Positions 50,646 through 62,800 of a DNA stretch of 64,000 bases are shown piece by piece; the first letter of the stretch is position 1, and every line of letters starts with the position of its first letter. This DNA comes from Camelus dromedarius. Lineage: Eukaryota. The stretch is taken from the NCBI RefSeq assembly GCF_036321535.1, contig NC_087437.1, forward strand, positions 48,610,001 through 48,674,000, read 5' to 3'. A program made the translations under genes and the position numbers. The notes under the pieces are model-generated. The model was not told where the DNA came from. It did no database searches and saw nothing but the letters and a program-made list of their open reading frames with translations.

Positions 50646-51330
50646 GATGACAAATGGAGAGGGGACTCCAGAAAACGTCCGGAGGAGGAAAGAGTCACCT
50701 TCTCGTATCGCCCGTGAACAGCACCTGAGGTAATCCCAGGCACTCGCGAAGCTCGGGAGTAATTGCTACCTGTGCTCAAGCAACCGTTTCGCGCCCTTAG
50801 TTACCAAACAGGAAGCGCTCAAGTCCGGGGGCAGGACTTCCGGTTGAGAACTCCTTCCCTGGACCCAGAGAAACGTTTTTTTCTTCGGGAGAACCCAGAG
50901 AAGCGAATAAACTTACTCCTCCAGAGGTTCACTGGGTTGCCAGGCGCCAGCACAACAATCCTTGAAAGCGCGGCCCCGTCCGTCCTCCCGGCGCTCCCGA
51001 GGGGTGTAAAATCGGTGGCGCCCGCAGTCTCCGTGGGACCACAGGGCACGGGAATGGCTTAGCGCTACGCAGCTGCGATCGCGGGCGGAAGATGAGAGCG
51101 AAGGACAACAATCAAGTGGCGTTTACCGAGTTCCATTAGTAGATGAAATCTCGCAGGCTGAAGTAGACTGGTATTTTGAAGCAGAATTCACACCCTCGAA
51201 TCGTTACTGGATGTTTTGATCTTCGTCTGTTTTAACTTCTGGTCTTCCTCACAGTGCTCTGCTGCCTGGCTGTGGAGTCCTAGCTGACCGCAGACGTGAA
51301 CTGCGCAAAGAAGGCAAACTTGCAGCGCAG
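50646..51330 (-). promoter_or_regulatory. CpG-rich promoter and 5' UTR of CCDC39
   Basis: The only large CpG-dense, GC-rich tract in the window, directly upstream of the ATG; ETS ACTTCCGG 50836-50843, E2F TTTCGCGC 50787-50794 and X-box half-sites. Confidence 0.85.
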
Positions 51331-51849
51331 ACTCCCCACTCCTTTATTTTCTTTACATTTTTCACTTGTTAACATTTACAGTTCACATAAAAACCTGTGT
51401 TTCTTCCTAATCTGAAAAAAGGGTAGGTAACATCTGTGCCTACATTATCGGAAGACTTTACTCGGCTGAAGAGGCGCCCCCTTTAGACTGGCAAGCATTC
51501 CATCAATTCACTAACTTGAATCACCTGCTAGGCACAGGTAGGAGTTTGAATTTAGGGCTGATTTTAGGGCCTCTGTGGTACGGCTTCTCAGAACTAGAAA
51601 GGACAAAACAATTAATTTAATCCTTTAATTTTCTAGATGAATAAACTGAGTCTCCCTGGGTGAAGCGATTAAACTAGGCAGGACCTAAACTAGGACACAG
51701 GTCTGCTAATCCAAACTATGCTCTCTGCTATGAGGGGTGTTCTTGGCTGGAATACTCTCTACCAGTGCATCATAAGGATCAATTAATTTTGCTTATCCAA
51801 TAATCAACTATCTAGATTTTTTTGCCCTTTGGAATTTTATTTTACCTGT

Positions 51850-52200
51850 TCATTGTTAATTTTTTTTACTATAAAAAGTTTAAATATATGTAAGAATAAT
51901 GAGTGGGGTATATATACCCCACATACTCATCACCTTGATTTAACATTTTTTTTCATGTTAGCTTCATCTATATCTTCTGCTGAAGCACTTTAAAGTAAAT
52001 CACAAACAGCATAACATTTCACCACTAACTACTTGAACATGCATCACTAATGTTTAACGTTTATTTTTTAACTTTAAAACAATGTTATTATCACATCTAA
52101 CAAAGTTAACAATATCAAACTATCTCTTCATTATCAATATCTTTTCATATTCGTATTTCCTCAAATGTCTTGAAAATGTCTTTTTTATCCTTGGTTTGTC
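51850..52200 (-). mobile_element. Old L1ME/MC 3' remnant
   Basis: tgctgaagcactttaaagtaaatcacaaacagcataacatttcaccactaactacttgaacatgcatc; boundaries approximate. Confidence 0.55.
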
Positions 52201-53129
52201 ACTATACTTTTGAAATCCTCTTTTGTAGCTTTGTCTTTGTGTTTACATGACTTTCCATATATTTAATCTTATGGACTTAGAAATAGTGTCTTCAAAGACT
52301 AGAGTTAACAAGGCATTTTATTCCCCACTTCTTGAATTTCCAAGCTGGTGGGGGAGAAAGACTCAGATGTAGAGGGAATTTTGACCTATATGGAATAATG
52401 GACTTTTAGAGCTTAAATAACATTATAGAAGATCATCTTTTATTTTATAATAGTTCAGTCATCCCTACTAATAAAAATGTTAGTATCCAACATATATTAA
52501 GATGACATATAGTTATTTCTACTTGAAATTTGTTCTGGCAATGTCCCTTTTAAAAATTATTATTTAAAAATGTAAATACTGAGGCAGCTGCCTTGGCCTG
52601 TGCCAATCTGTTGATCCACCCCTCTCAGTGTCAGCTGTAGCTGCCAAATACATGACTGCAGCTGTCTTTGCTGGGTACTCCCCTAGGCCCCAAGGACATA
52701 AGAACTTTGGCAGCCAAATCCCTGCAAGGAATCCTGTTTCCTATACCTCAAGGCTTCTATTTCCTGAATATACAATGTTGACTTTTGGACAAAATGTGCA
52801 TGCAGTCTCCAAATTCTACATTTCTGCCTTTGAACAATATCCCTGCTTCTCCCCCTCATCAGCACAGCATTCCATCTCATCCAATTCCCACTTTTATAAT
52901 TCTACAACTTCCAGATCATAACTCTATTTGTATTCATTCAGATCTAGATTTGAAAACAAAACCCATAGATTTACAAGCCTTGTCATTGACCATGAAATAA
53001 TCTATTTAATCCCAAAATGATAAGGTAGATGTTACTCTTTTACATCTCATTCCCAAATAGATAATTTCATCCAAATCAGGTTGATTAGGCTAAAATATGA
53101 AGAGATTTTTGGTTTGCAAAAATGTGATC

Positions 53130-54035
53130 TTTGTAAAAAAAAAAAAAAAGGAAAATACAATTATGTGTGAAGTAACGAAAAAGATATTCTCACCTCCATA
53201 CCAGTTCATTCCCAAAATGTTGCCACTGTTTAGTGTTTATCTTAGTGGCATTTTTTAAAAGGAAGCTATAAATATATACATATATTAATTTTTCCTATAG
53301 AAATAGAATCATACTATAAATGTTCTTTTGCAAATTCATTTTTTCATTTAGCAGTAATGGCCGTGTTTCCGTGTCAGTGTATTAGATCTATGGTCTTTTA
53401 ATGGAGATTAAAATTCAGTATTATCAATCAATATTAACTTTTTAAACAATGCTATAGTGAACATCTTTACAATACTGAATTTCATCAATTCTAGAGTATA
53501 CTTATTTTCATATTTTAATATCTCTGAAATTGGAATACATCTTTCAGTTAGAGGCATCTTAAGATTTGGTGAATAAGATATAATCTTGCACACCTGTGTG
53601 TTTCTTCATGACATTCTTAGGAGTAAAATTAATGGAAACAAGAGTAAGCCATTTTATTTTGATAGCTACCACTAAATTATCTTTCAAAACGTCTATACAT
53701 ACCGAAAGAGAAAGACTATCCTTGCATACTCTGAATGTTCTGAAGTATTAAATATTTTACAACCTAAGGAGAACAATATAGTATCTCGTTCTTAAATGAC
53801 AGTTCTATAATAACAAGTGAGACTGGACAACACAGTTCTGCTAAGAATTTCTTTATCATATCCTTTGCCCATTTTTTCCCATTAGATTGTCTCTTCTTAT
53901 TCAATTACTGCAGTGCTTTATATGTTATAGATAGTATTTTCATGCATATTTATGTGTCTATGAATAATATTTTTCTTCCATTTTTTTTTTTGCTTTTTTT
54001 TAAACTTTGTTTTTAGTGTATTTTGCCATACATAC
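53130..54035 (-). mobile_element. Decayed L1ME remnants
   Basis: T-rich reverse-L1 motifs (aacaatgctatagtgaacatcttta; tcctttgcccattttttcccattagattg); boundaries approximate. Confidence 0.5.
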
Positions 54036-54683
54036 CTCAGAAACTGCTCTTGTTCCATCAGTATGCTTCACATTCCAGTGGTTCTGTTCATCATCAGTTC
54101 ACCTGATCTATGGACTACATTCAGCTCAGCTGTTCCTTCCCTATTAAAACATTTTCTTCTCTTGGTTTTTATGACTTCTCTCCATCTCCACGGTCACCAT
54201 GTCAGTTCGGACTACACAGAAAAGTTGAAACAGTTTTACAGTGAGCACCAGTACCCCCTTGATCAAGATATTTCCTGGGTTCTACCATCAATGTGACTAT
54301 TCTCGTTACCGCATATCTATCTATTCATTCATCAATCTATCTTATTTATTGGTGCATTTCAAAGTAAATTGCAGTAATCAGTACACTTCCCCCGTAAGTA
54401 CTTCACTATGCATATGTTTACTTTTGTTTACATTCTTTCCTCAATAGGTAAAATTTATATACAAAGAAATATACAAATCTTTACAAATGCATACACCTGG
54501 TTAACTTAAACTACTCTCAAGTTACTGAACATTAACACTACCCCAAAGAGTTTCCACTTGCCTCTTTACAGTCAGTGCCTGCTCTCACTTCCCCTAATCC
54601 CCAGAGGCAACTTACTGTTCTGATATTTTCTCTAAGTTAGTTTCTCTCTTTTAAAACTTCAAATAAATGGAAAGGCACTATAT

Positions 54684-55382
54684 TGTGTTACATTTACAAT
54701 TTATTTCCTCTCAGCTCCAAATTCACCCATTTTGCCTGCCCTGTGAAAACAGATATGGGCCCTTTATTTCTCTTTCAACGGGTGGCACGCTATCAAGATT
54801 TATCAATAAAGAGCACAGGAGACACTGCAGGAAGAAAAAAGCTCTTTTTCTCCCTGGTTCCAGTGTGCTCACCTGACAGGCTCCTGCAGCATGCATAGCT
54901 TCTCCAGCATCCAGGTCCTGCATCACAGGCAGTTTCTCCAGCATCAGGCTCCTGCAGCACTTGACTTGCAGCTTCTCCATTTCCCAGCTCCTGCTGTGCA
55001 CAGCAGCTCTCCTTAGCACCCACTCCCACCCCAATTTGGGCAATTTGGCAACAGAGTGCCCCCAGTGAAACATCTCCCCATTAATAGATTCCCCTGGCAC
55101 CACAGAGAAAAGATTTCCAGCAAGTTCAACCAGCACAGTGACTTCTCTGCCATTCATCAAGTCCTGGAAGACCACTTCCCTGGGCACACTCTCTTAGCTT
55201 TAAGGATAGTAACTGCTCCTTGCATCTGATATTTCTACATTCTTTAGAGTTTTGTTTACTTCTTACCAGCCAGCCCCTTGTTACTCCAATCCTCTGTTAC
55301 AGTTAACAATTCTTTATATTAAACTTTCTCTATTAAATTACTGTGTGGTTTCTCTCTTCTGATGGCACCCAGATTGATGAAA
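54684..55382 (+). mobile_element. ERVL solo LTR (LTR41-like) interrupting a reverse L1
   Basis: Starts tgtgttacat...ctctcagctccaaattcaccc and ends attactgtgtggtttctctcttctgatggcacccagattgat; the L1 3' UTR resumes after it; internal ~33-bp imperfect tandem repeats at 54877-54980. Confidence 0.65.
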
Positions 55383-57400
55383 CTATGTACTTTTTGATGT
55401 CAGGCCTTTTTTCACTTGGCTTCATGTTTTTGATATTCATCCATATTGTGGTATCAATGGTTTCTTTCTTTTTATCGCTGAGTAGTATTCCCTCATGTAA
55501 GTATAACACACTTTGTTTATCCATTCTCCTAATGATGAACACCTGGACTGTTTTCAGTTTGGGGCAACTATGACTACAGCTATTATAAACATTCTTGTAC
55601 AAGTTTTTTAAATACATTTATTTATTTTAGAATAATTTTGATTTACAGAAAAGTTGCAAAGATAATACAGAGTTTCCGTGTATCCCTCATCTAGTGTCAG
55701 TTTCCTCTAACATTATCATCATACATTACCCTGGTACATTTGGCAAAAGAGAGAAGCAAATATTAGGCCATTACTATAAACTAAACACCAGATTTTCCTG
55801 TCTTTCCATTAATGTTCTCTCTCTGTTCCAGGATCCAATCCAGCATGCCACATTGTGTTTTGTTGTTGTGATGTCTCCTTCGTCTCCCCTGATCTAGGAC
55901 AAGTTCTCAGTTTTTTCCTGTGTTTTATAACATGGACAGTATTGAGAAGTGTTGTTCAGATATTTTGTAGACTGTCCCTTAATGGTTTACCTGAAGATTT
56001 TCTCATGATTTGTCTGGGGTTATGGGTTTGGGGGAAGAAAACCATAGAGGTGAAATATACTTCTCATCACATCATATAAGAGGGCTCATGATGTTCTCAT
56101 GGCATTACTGGTGATTTTAACTGTGATCCTTTTGTTAAGATAGCACTTAGTGGGAGGGTATAGCTCAGTGGCAGAGCACATGCTTAGCAAGCACAAGGTC
56201 CTGGGTTCAATCCTCAGTCCCCCCATTAAAATAAGTAAATAAACCTAATTACCTCCCCACCCCACCCCCAAAAGATAACATTTGCCAGGTTTCTCCATTA
56301 TAAAGCAACTATTTCCCCTTCAATACTCTAAATAATTCACTGGGTTCAGTCTGCCCTCAAGGAGGGAGAGTACACCCTACCTCCCAAAAGAAGAGTACCT
56401 ACATAATATTATTTGAAATTTTTCTGTAAGTAAGATTATTTCTCCATTTATCTATTTATTCAATTATTTATTTATATTACTACAGACTCATATATATTTT
56501 ATACTTTGGACTATAATCCAAACTATGCTATTTTGTTACCCAATTTGTTCCAGATTTGGCCATTGGCCCCTTGTGTTTCTTTGACATGCCTTCGTCCTTT
56601 TGTTTTTTGAGCACTCCTTACTTTCCGGCCTGCAAAATGCTCTAGGCTCATCTTGTATTTTCCTTACATGGCCCAAGAATTAGTCATTTCTCCAAAAAGC
56701 TCTGGTTCCTTTTATTGGAGAATGGTATTTAGAAAGCAAGATCTAGGCTCTGTGTATGTTTGCTTTTACCAGGTTGTCATTGCTTCTGGGCCCTTTCAGC
56801 AGACAAAACTAGATAATATATGTATGTATATTAACCCAAGAATTGATATACATCTATAATTGTGTTTGTATCTATCTATCTATGTAAACTAAATTTTAAT
56901 ACATACTGATGTCTCCAATCCTATACCACAGAGTTCATTCTAGCCTGCCTTTATTTATTTTGTTGTTGTTGATGTTGGGAGATTTTTTTTTTTATTGAAG
57001 TATGGTCCGTTTACAGTGTTGTGTCAATTTCTGGTGTACAGCATGATAGTTCAGCCATACATATATATACATATTCATTTTCATATTTTTTCATTATAGG
57101 TGGCCTAATTAAATTTATAGGCTTTTGATTCCTCTCTTATTTATGTGAAACTTCCCTCTGACAGTGAGAAACTTTGCTACCACTATCCATCATATCCATC
57201 ATCCATTTACTTATTTGCTCAATCCCAAAGTACATTTAAAGTAGTTTCAGAATTATTAACATATACTCTCAGTACAAGCCTTTCAAGGACACATGTTTTT
57301 ATTTCTCTTGGATAAATACCAAGGAGTACAATTGCTCACCATAGGAGAGGTGTAGGTTTAGTTTTACAAAACATGTCAGACCTTTTTCCAAAGTTGTACT
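55383..57400 (-). mobile_element. Nested reverse L1 fragments (L1MB host with an L1MC-like insert and a young L1 tail at about 56980-57100)
   Basis: ttttagaataattttgatttacagaaaagttgcaaagataatacagagtttcc; ttttattgaagtatggtccgtttacagtgttgtgtcaatttctggtgtacagc. Confidence 0.75.
56149..56271 (+). mobile_element. tRNA-derived SINE, camelid Vic-1-like (second copy)
   Basis: gggagggtatagctcagtggcagagcacatgcttagcaagcacaaggtcctgggttcaatcc; clearly homologous to 34349-34522; TSD aagatagcactt 56137-56148 / aagataacattt 56272-56283. Confidence 0.88.
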
Positions 57401-57434
57401 GTTTTAAGGGCTTTTTAAAAACTTAAATAAGATT

Positions 57435-58050
57435 TCTTCCAGGTTAAAACTCTTCAGTGGATTCCTGGTTTAGTTAGAACTAAATCTAAACTTCTTAGCC
57501 TGGTCTATAAAGTCCCATGTGATCTTATCTCTGCCTATTTTTTCCCAGCCTCATCTCTTGCTATCTTTCCCCTTATTCCCTGTTTCAGCCACCTTGAATT
57601 TTTTAAATTATTTTCTCAGAGCTTCAAAACACCAAGGAGTCTTTCTGCCTTTGGGTCTTCATATGTGCAGATCCCTCTGCCTGGAATATTTTCCTTCCAT
57701 AAGGTCTAGTTCTGGAGTATGCTTCAGGGCTCTATGCTCTTCAGTTTATAGTATATAACCTCCTCAGAGAGGCCTTCCTTGCCCATTCAATCCAATATAG
57801 CTCTTACCTGTTATTCATTCTTAAAGCAAATTTTTCACACTTAGTAATTACATTCGGATTAATTCACCACAATTAGTACTCATGTTTTTAATTGCTTGTT
57901 TAGTTATTTCTATCTTTGCCACTAGACTATAACATGCATGACAATAGGATCCATGTGCATTTTGTTCAGCCTATATTCAGAAATTAGAAGAATACCTGCA
58001 CCTGGTAGTGCTCAATAAAAATCTGCTGAGAAAATAAATGTATGAATGAA
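57435..58050 (+). mobile_element. L2 LINE 3' portion
   Basis: ttaaaactcttcagtgg...ccctctgcctggaat...cctcctcagagaggccttcc...gtgctcaataaaa...tgaatgaa. Confidence 0.8.
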
Positions 58051-58164
58051 AGGAGGAGTTTTAAATTTTCACATAGATAAATCTGTCAGCCTTTTCCTTG
58101 ATAACTTTTGTTTTGCACCTCACTAAAGGAAAGCCTTTCCTGGAAGACTATAAAATTGATCTAT

Positions 58165-58400
58165 TTTTATATATTATGTATTTATACATATATATAATAT
58201 ACAATTTCATTTACTAAAATTATACTATTATTAAATTTTAATAATATTAAATTTTTAATTTTATATATTTATTGTTAAATTTTTATTAATATTAAAATTT
58301 AATGTTTATTCATTAAAATTTATTGTTGTTTATTAAAATGTTTTATGTATATTTATATTTTTCCTAGTACTTTTATAATTATATATTCTACATTAAAATT
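58165..58400. repeat. AT-rich low-complexity tract
   Basis: Almost pure A/T with attaaatttt-like reiterations. Confidence 0.8.
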
Positions 58401-61400
58401 CTAATGCACATAAAATTCATATTTGTGTATTAGAGGAAGTAGATTCATAGTTCTTTTTCAAAAAAAATAGAAATTTTCCCAACATCACTTATTAAATAGT
58501 CTATCTTGCTCCTTTGGTTTAAAATGTGTCCTTTTTTATGTATTAAATTCTTATATATCCAATGCTGTGTTTCTGGATGTTTGGTATTTTGTTGATTTAT
58601 TTATCTCTACAAAAGTGCCACACTGTTTTGTCTAGCATAGCTTCTTACTATGGTAGGGACAGACACACCATCCACTACCACCATTACAACTATTCTTGTC
58701 TATTCTCAAACACTTCCTTGGAATCAAGTTGTCAAGTTCAAAAAAAGGACACAGGACCCTAGGGATTTTCACTGAAATTTCCTTGAATATACATAATAAT
58801 TTAAGAAGAAATGAAACTGTTATTGTCTTCCTCCCCAGAAATATGGTCAATGTCTCCATTTTCTCAGATTTTCTTTTATGTAATTCTTTCTTAATATAGT
58901 TGCATATGACTAGATTCAGAGCATATTTATAACCTCAGAATTAGAAGAAACTTCCAAGATTGCCCACAATCTACAATCCAGCTACAGTGTGCACTTCAGT
59001 GACATGCAATGCTTTCACACTGCTAGTGCTTATGTGCTCACTCCCTCCTGAGGAAGTGCATTATATTATGAAACAGATAACAACTTGGATAATGAGATAA
59101 CAGTCTCATTGGAAGAAGGTCAGAGGAGTCTTTTAATTGTCCTGTTCCACAATTCCCCTTCCTATACAAAACATGTTTTTAGTGGTGAATATCTTGACCA
59201 GTATCTATAACCTTTTGCAAACTTGTACATTTTACAAGACTATATTAGATAACTGGCTGTTCAGTTAATGAAAGAGGTGGATGTAAGTCTTAACCAACAA
59301 ACACTTACCTCACAGCCAAATACTATGCAATATTTCTGAAATCACTGTTTTTTTTTTAATGTTTTTATCATTGTTGCTGAAACATAGTAATCCGTTGATT
59401 AATGCTCGCTGAATTAATGAACTAATGAATGGATTAGTTCTAAGGATTTATTTCTCCTGATAACAGGGAACCGCAACTATATTTAATGGAAACATTTTCT
59501 GTTGCAGAGAAACAGTAGAGGAAAGATCTCCTTAATTACAGACTTCAAATTCTTTTCTGGGAAATTACATTCACAAAATTTATTTTGCCCATGGCAACTA
59601 TTGCCTTGTAAAAAATATTATGTAATTTTGTTGAGTACAGTGGGATATGCGTGTGTATGCACATGTAAAATCAATTGCTGTAAATGGGTAACCTAAAATA
59701 ATGGCTAATGATTTTCTGTGACTATTTCCTAGAAGCAAGGACAAAGGGGAAAAGAAGGCCCTTTATAGCAAAGTATTCACATCTACCAGTAAAAACAATC
59801 CCCAAAATTGAAAGAAATGGATAAACCAGTACTATAAGCAGCTTTCATATTCATAGTTTCATTCTTTTGCTGGTGGAAACACATTATTTTACAGATTTTA
59901 TTCACTTACTCAAATCCAGTAGATGGTGCTACATGTCTGTATATGTAAAGTACCACAAATGCCTTTTCTTTTCTTTTTTTTAATCTTTTCTTTCTTTTTT
60001 AGCCAGAACTCTCATCAAGGTCTACCATTATAATGAAGCTCATTATTCCTGACATCTGAGCCAAATCTCTAGGTGCAGCCTTAAAGATGTACTTAAAAAA
60101 AAAAAAAAAAAAAAAACAGAAATAACTGTGGCCCAAATACCAACCTAACAATCTATTAACAGGTTTTTTTCTCAGCTCATTCTCACTGTAAAATGACAAA
60201 ATCTTTGGTGTCACACAGAACTCTGTGTCATTCCATTAAAACAACCAGATTCAATATCATAGTCCCTCTTATTCTTCTGAACACTGTTAGTTGCTATTAT
60301 TGTGAAGCAACCATAACAATGATAATAATTAACAATGAAAGTTTAAATTAAGACTGTCATGGATAAATCAACATGTAAACTATCCATTTAAGAAGATAAC
60401 ACATGCTTAAAAAAACTTAGGTATATGAAATCTTATAAAGCAAATTTGTTGAATCAGTGATTAAGCTGATCATAAATGTTAATGTTTCTTTGTGAGTCAT
60501 AAAAGACTGGAAGCTTTAGAAAAGTAGGAACTCTATTTAGGTAACAGCAAAAACAATCCATATCACCCAGTAACCTACAAATAGTTAATTTATGTTACTT
60601 ATTTACTATAAACACGACAACTAAACTTGACATATATTCTGAATCAGAAGGTATCAATTTTTTGCCTTTTTTATCTTTGTAGATTTGTTATTAGCTCACA
60701 AATTTCTAATGCTTTGAAAGTCTCATATTATAAAATAAGGATAAAGAGATGTCAACTGCTTATACAAAAATTAGGACATTTTTATTACTGTATTGGTTTA
60801 TTATATTAAATTCTGATTAAGTTAACTGTGATATGATTTCACAAAGTCCTTTCACATTCTTTGAACATGCTTTTACTCTTCATTGTATCAAAAGAAAAAT
60901 GAGAACTGTAATCACTAATTTTAGATGAGTTCTATACACAATATAGGTATTATTAATCTGCTGACCAAAGGCTTAGTAGAAAGGTTTTATTCAGTGAATT
61001 ATATTACTTTAACGACTAGACTCTAACACAAATACAGGGAAGTCAGAAGTAATGATGACTTTCAGATGACTGTTTTGTCACTTGTGCTTTCCTGCATTCA
61101 CATCTTCATTAACTCTTACCATTCCTTGAATAAACTCAAAGAGGTAGAATTGCGTGGATTATTCCTAGGTAGATCATGCAACAGGGAAAAGCATGGTCTT
61201 AATCCAGCAAAGACATCTTATTTAAAACCCCAAAATAAAAAACAATTTCAACAGTTATACTACAGGTAAAGTAAGATAACATAAATCAACTTACATATCT
61301 ATTGAGAACAAGATCAGGGTGGGGTGCCACTAAATCGCCTTTGTCTAACTAACTACTCACCTGGAGGTAGTTAACATTGACCCAATGACTAGAAGAGCCA

Positions 61401-61505
61401 CACAGGATACAACTTCTTAAGGAAGTTGCTTTTTTTATTTCTGTCTTTCTGAAGTACGATAATTGACATATGTAGAGTTCTTCATTCGTAAAAGGAACAT
61501 TGACC

Positions 61506-61540
61506 AAACTGACAATACTTCAATAAAAATATTTTTTTAA
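61506..61540 (+). mobile_element. 35-nt L1 terminal fragment with a 16-bp TSD
   Basis: aaactgacaatacttcaataaaa matches the termini of the young L1s at 21150 and 22960; perfect TSD aaaaggaacattgacc at 61490-61505 and 61541-61556. Confidence 0.85.
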
Positions 61541-61689
61541 AAAAGGAACATTGACCTAAGCCCTTAAGTTACAAAATTGAAAAAGTGGTTATCCTTTCCC
61601 TCAAGAATTTTGCCATTAAGTGAGGAAACTGACCACAGAAGCTGCCTTCTGACTGGTAACTGCCCCCATAACTAATCTCTCTACTACTA

Positions 61690-62148
61690 TCTCCACACCT
61701 CAGCCAAAATGACTTTTCTAACCCTCAAATCTCAGCACAGCAGCCCTCCTCATAAAAGCTCCTCCACCACTCTGCGTGGCCTCCTCACAGGGATTCCAAG
61801 GCCCTCAGGAACTGGCCCTGCTCTCTCCTGGTCTCATCTCTTTTTCTTCTTCATTTCACATTGGGAATTCTGGCCACAATGAGTTTGTTTCCTTTTTCTC
61901 AAGTTCTCCCTAACTTCAAGCCTTAGCACATCTGTTCTTGCTGCCTGGACACGCTTCCCACACTTTCCCAGCTAACGTCACTCTTCCCTGCCCTGTTGCA
62001 CTTCCCCTGGCCTCACAGTTCCACTATATGGCATTTCCTCTTTTTACTTCTCTGAGTCCCCCTATTACACTGTAAGCAACATAAGTCAGAGAGTGTCCAG
62101 CGTACTTAACACTGGGTCCCCAGCACTAGGCACACAGAAGACATTCAC
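61690..62148 (+). mobile_element. L2 fragment
   Basis: ttctccctaacttcaagccttagcacatctgttcttgctgcctggac...cccctattacactgtaagc...cccagcactaggcacacag. Confidence 0.6.
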
Positions 62149-62800
62149 TCATTCATTTATTCATTCAAACTATAGTCACTGAGCACCTAATGTGTGACAT
62201 ACTCTCTGTAGTAAGTGATGGGGACATATATCAGCAGGCGAAACGAGAGTAGGATGCTGCCTTCTAGAATTTTTGTTAAATTAGCTAAAGCACACCAAAT
62301 GCACACAGTATAACAAAGTTATCAGGACTTATCAGAAAAAAGCATGTCTGGCTCCAGGTGGGAGGGGATTAGGGGCAGAGCAGTCACACCAGTAGAATAA
62401 GGTCTTACCTGAAACTTCAAAGACGAGGATGCAAAGGTTCCTGGTGAAAAGTTGAGATGAAAGTTTATTCCAGGTGGAGAGAATAACAATAAAAAGACAA
62501 TAATGTAAAAAATCTTAAGTCTAGGAGGTGGAGGGAAGTGAGAAACTACAAATAGTTCAACACTGCTGAATGGGGAATGGGGTGACTTTTGAGGTAGCAT
62601 TTGCCTGGGGGAGTACCATGAGCTGAGGCAGGGAGACTGGAAAGGTCCCATGTCACAAAAATATTCTCTTACAGACAATAGGGATACCTTGAGTAATTTT
62701 AAATGGAGTAGGGGGATGAATGGAAAAGAGATCAGTAATGAGGATCTGAAATAGGAAAGAGAAAAGAGTCAGAAGATAAGACCCTGTGACTGTTTAAAAG
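62149..62800 (-). mobile_element. L2 fragment, reverse
   Basis: attcatttattcattcaaac...actgagcacctaatgtgtg...gatggggacata; distal boundary approximate. Confidence 0.55.

Noticed and set aside
50449..51111. ORFs 50449-50733, 50763-51062, 50819-51049 and 50929-51111 as novel genes
   Set aside because: These are stop-poor frames expected in a GC-rich promoter or antisense to exon 1, some with non-ATG starts, and I recognise no protein.
54723..55187. 154-aa ORF with internal repeats
   Set aside because: It lies within an ERVL-type LTR, and the repeats come from a short tandem repeat in the LTR.
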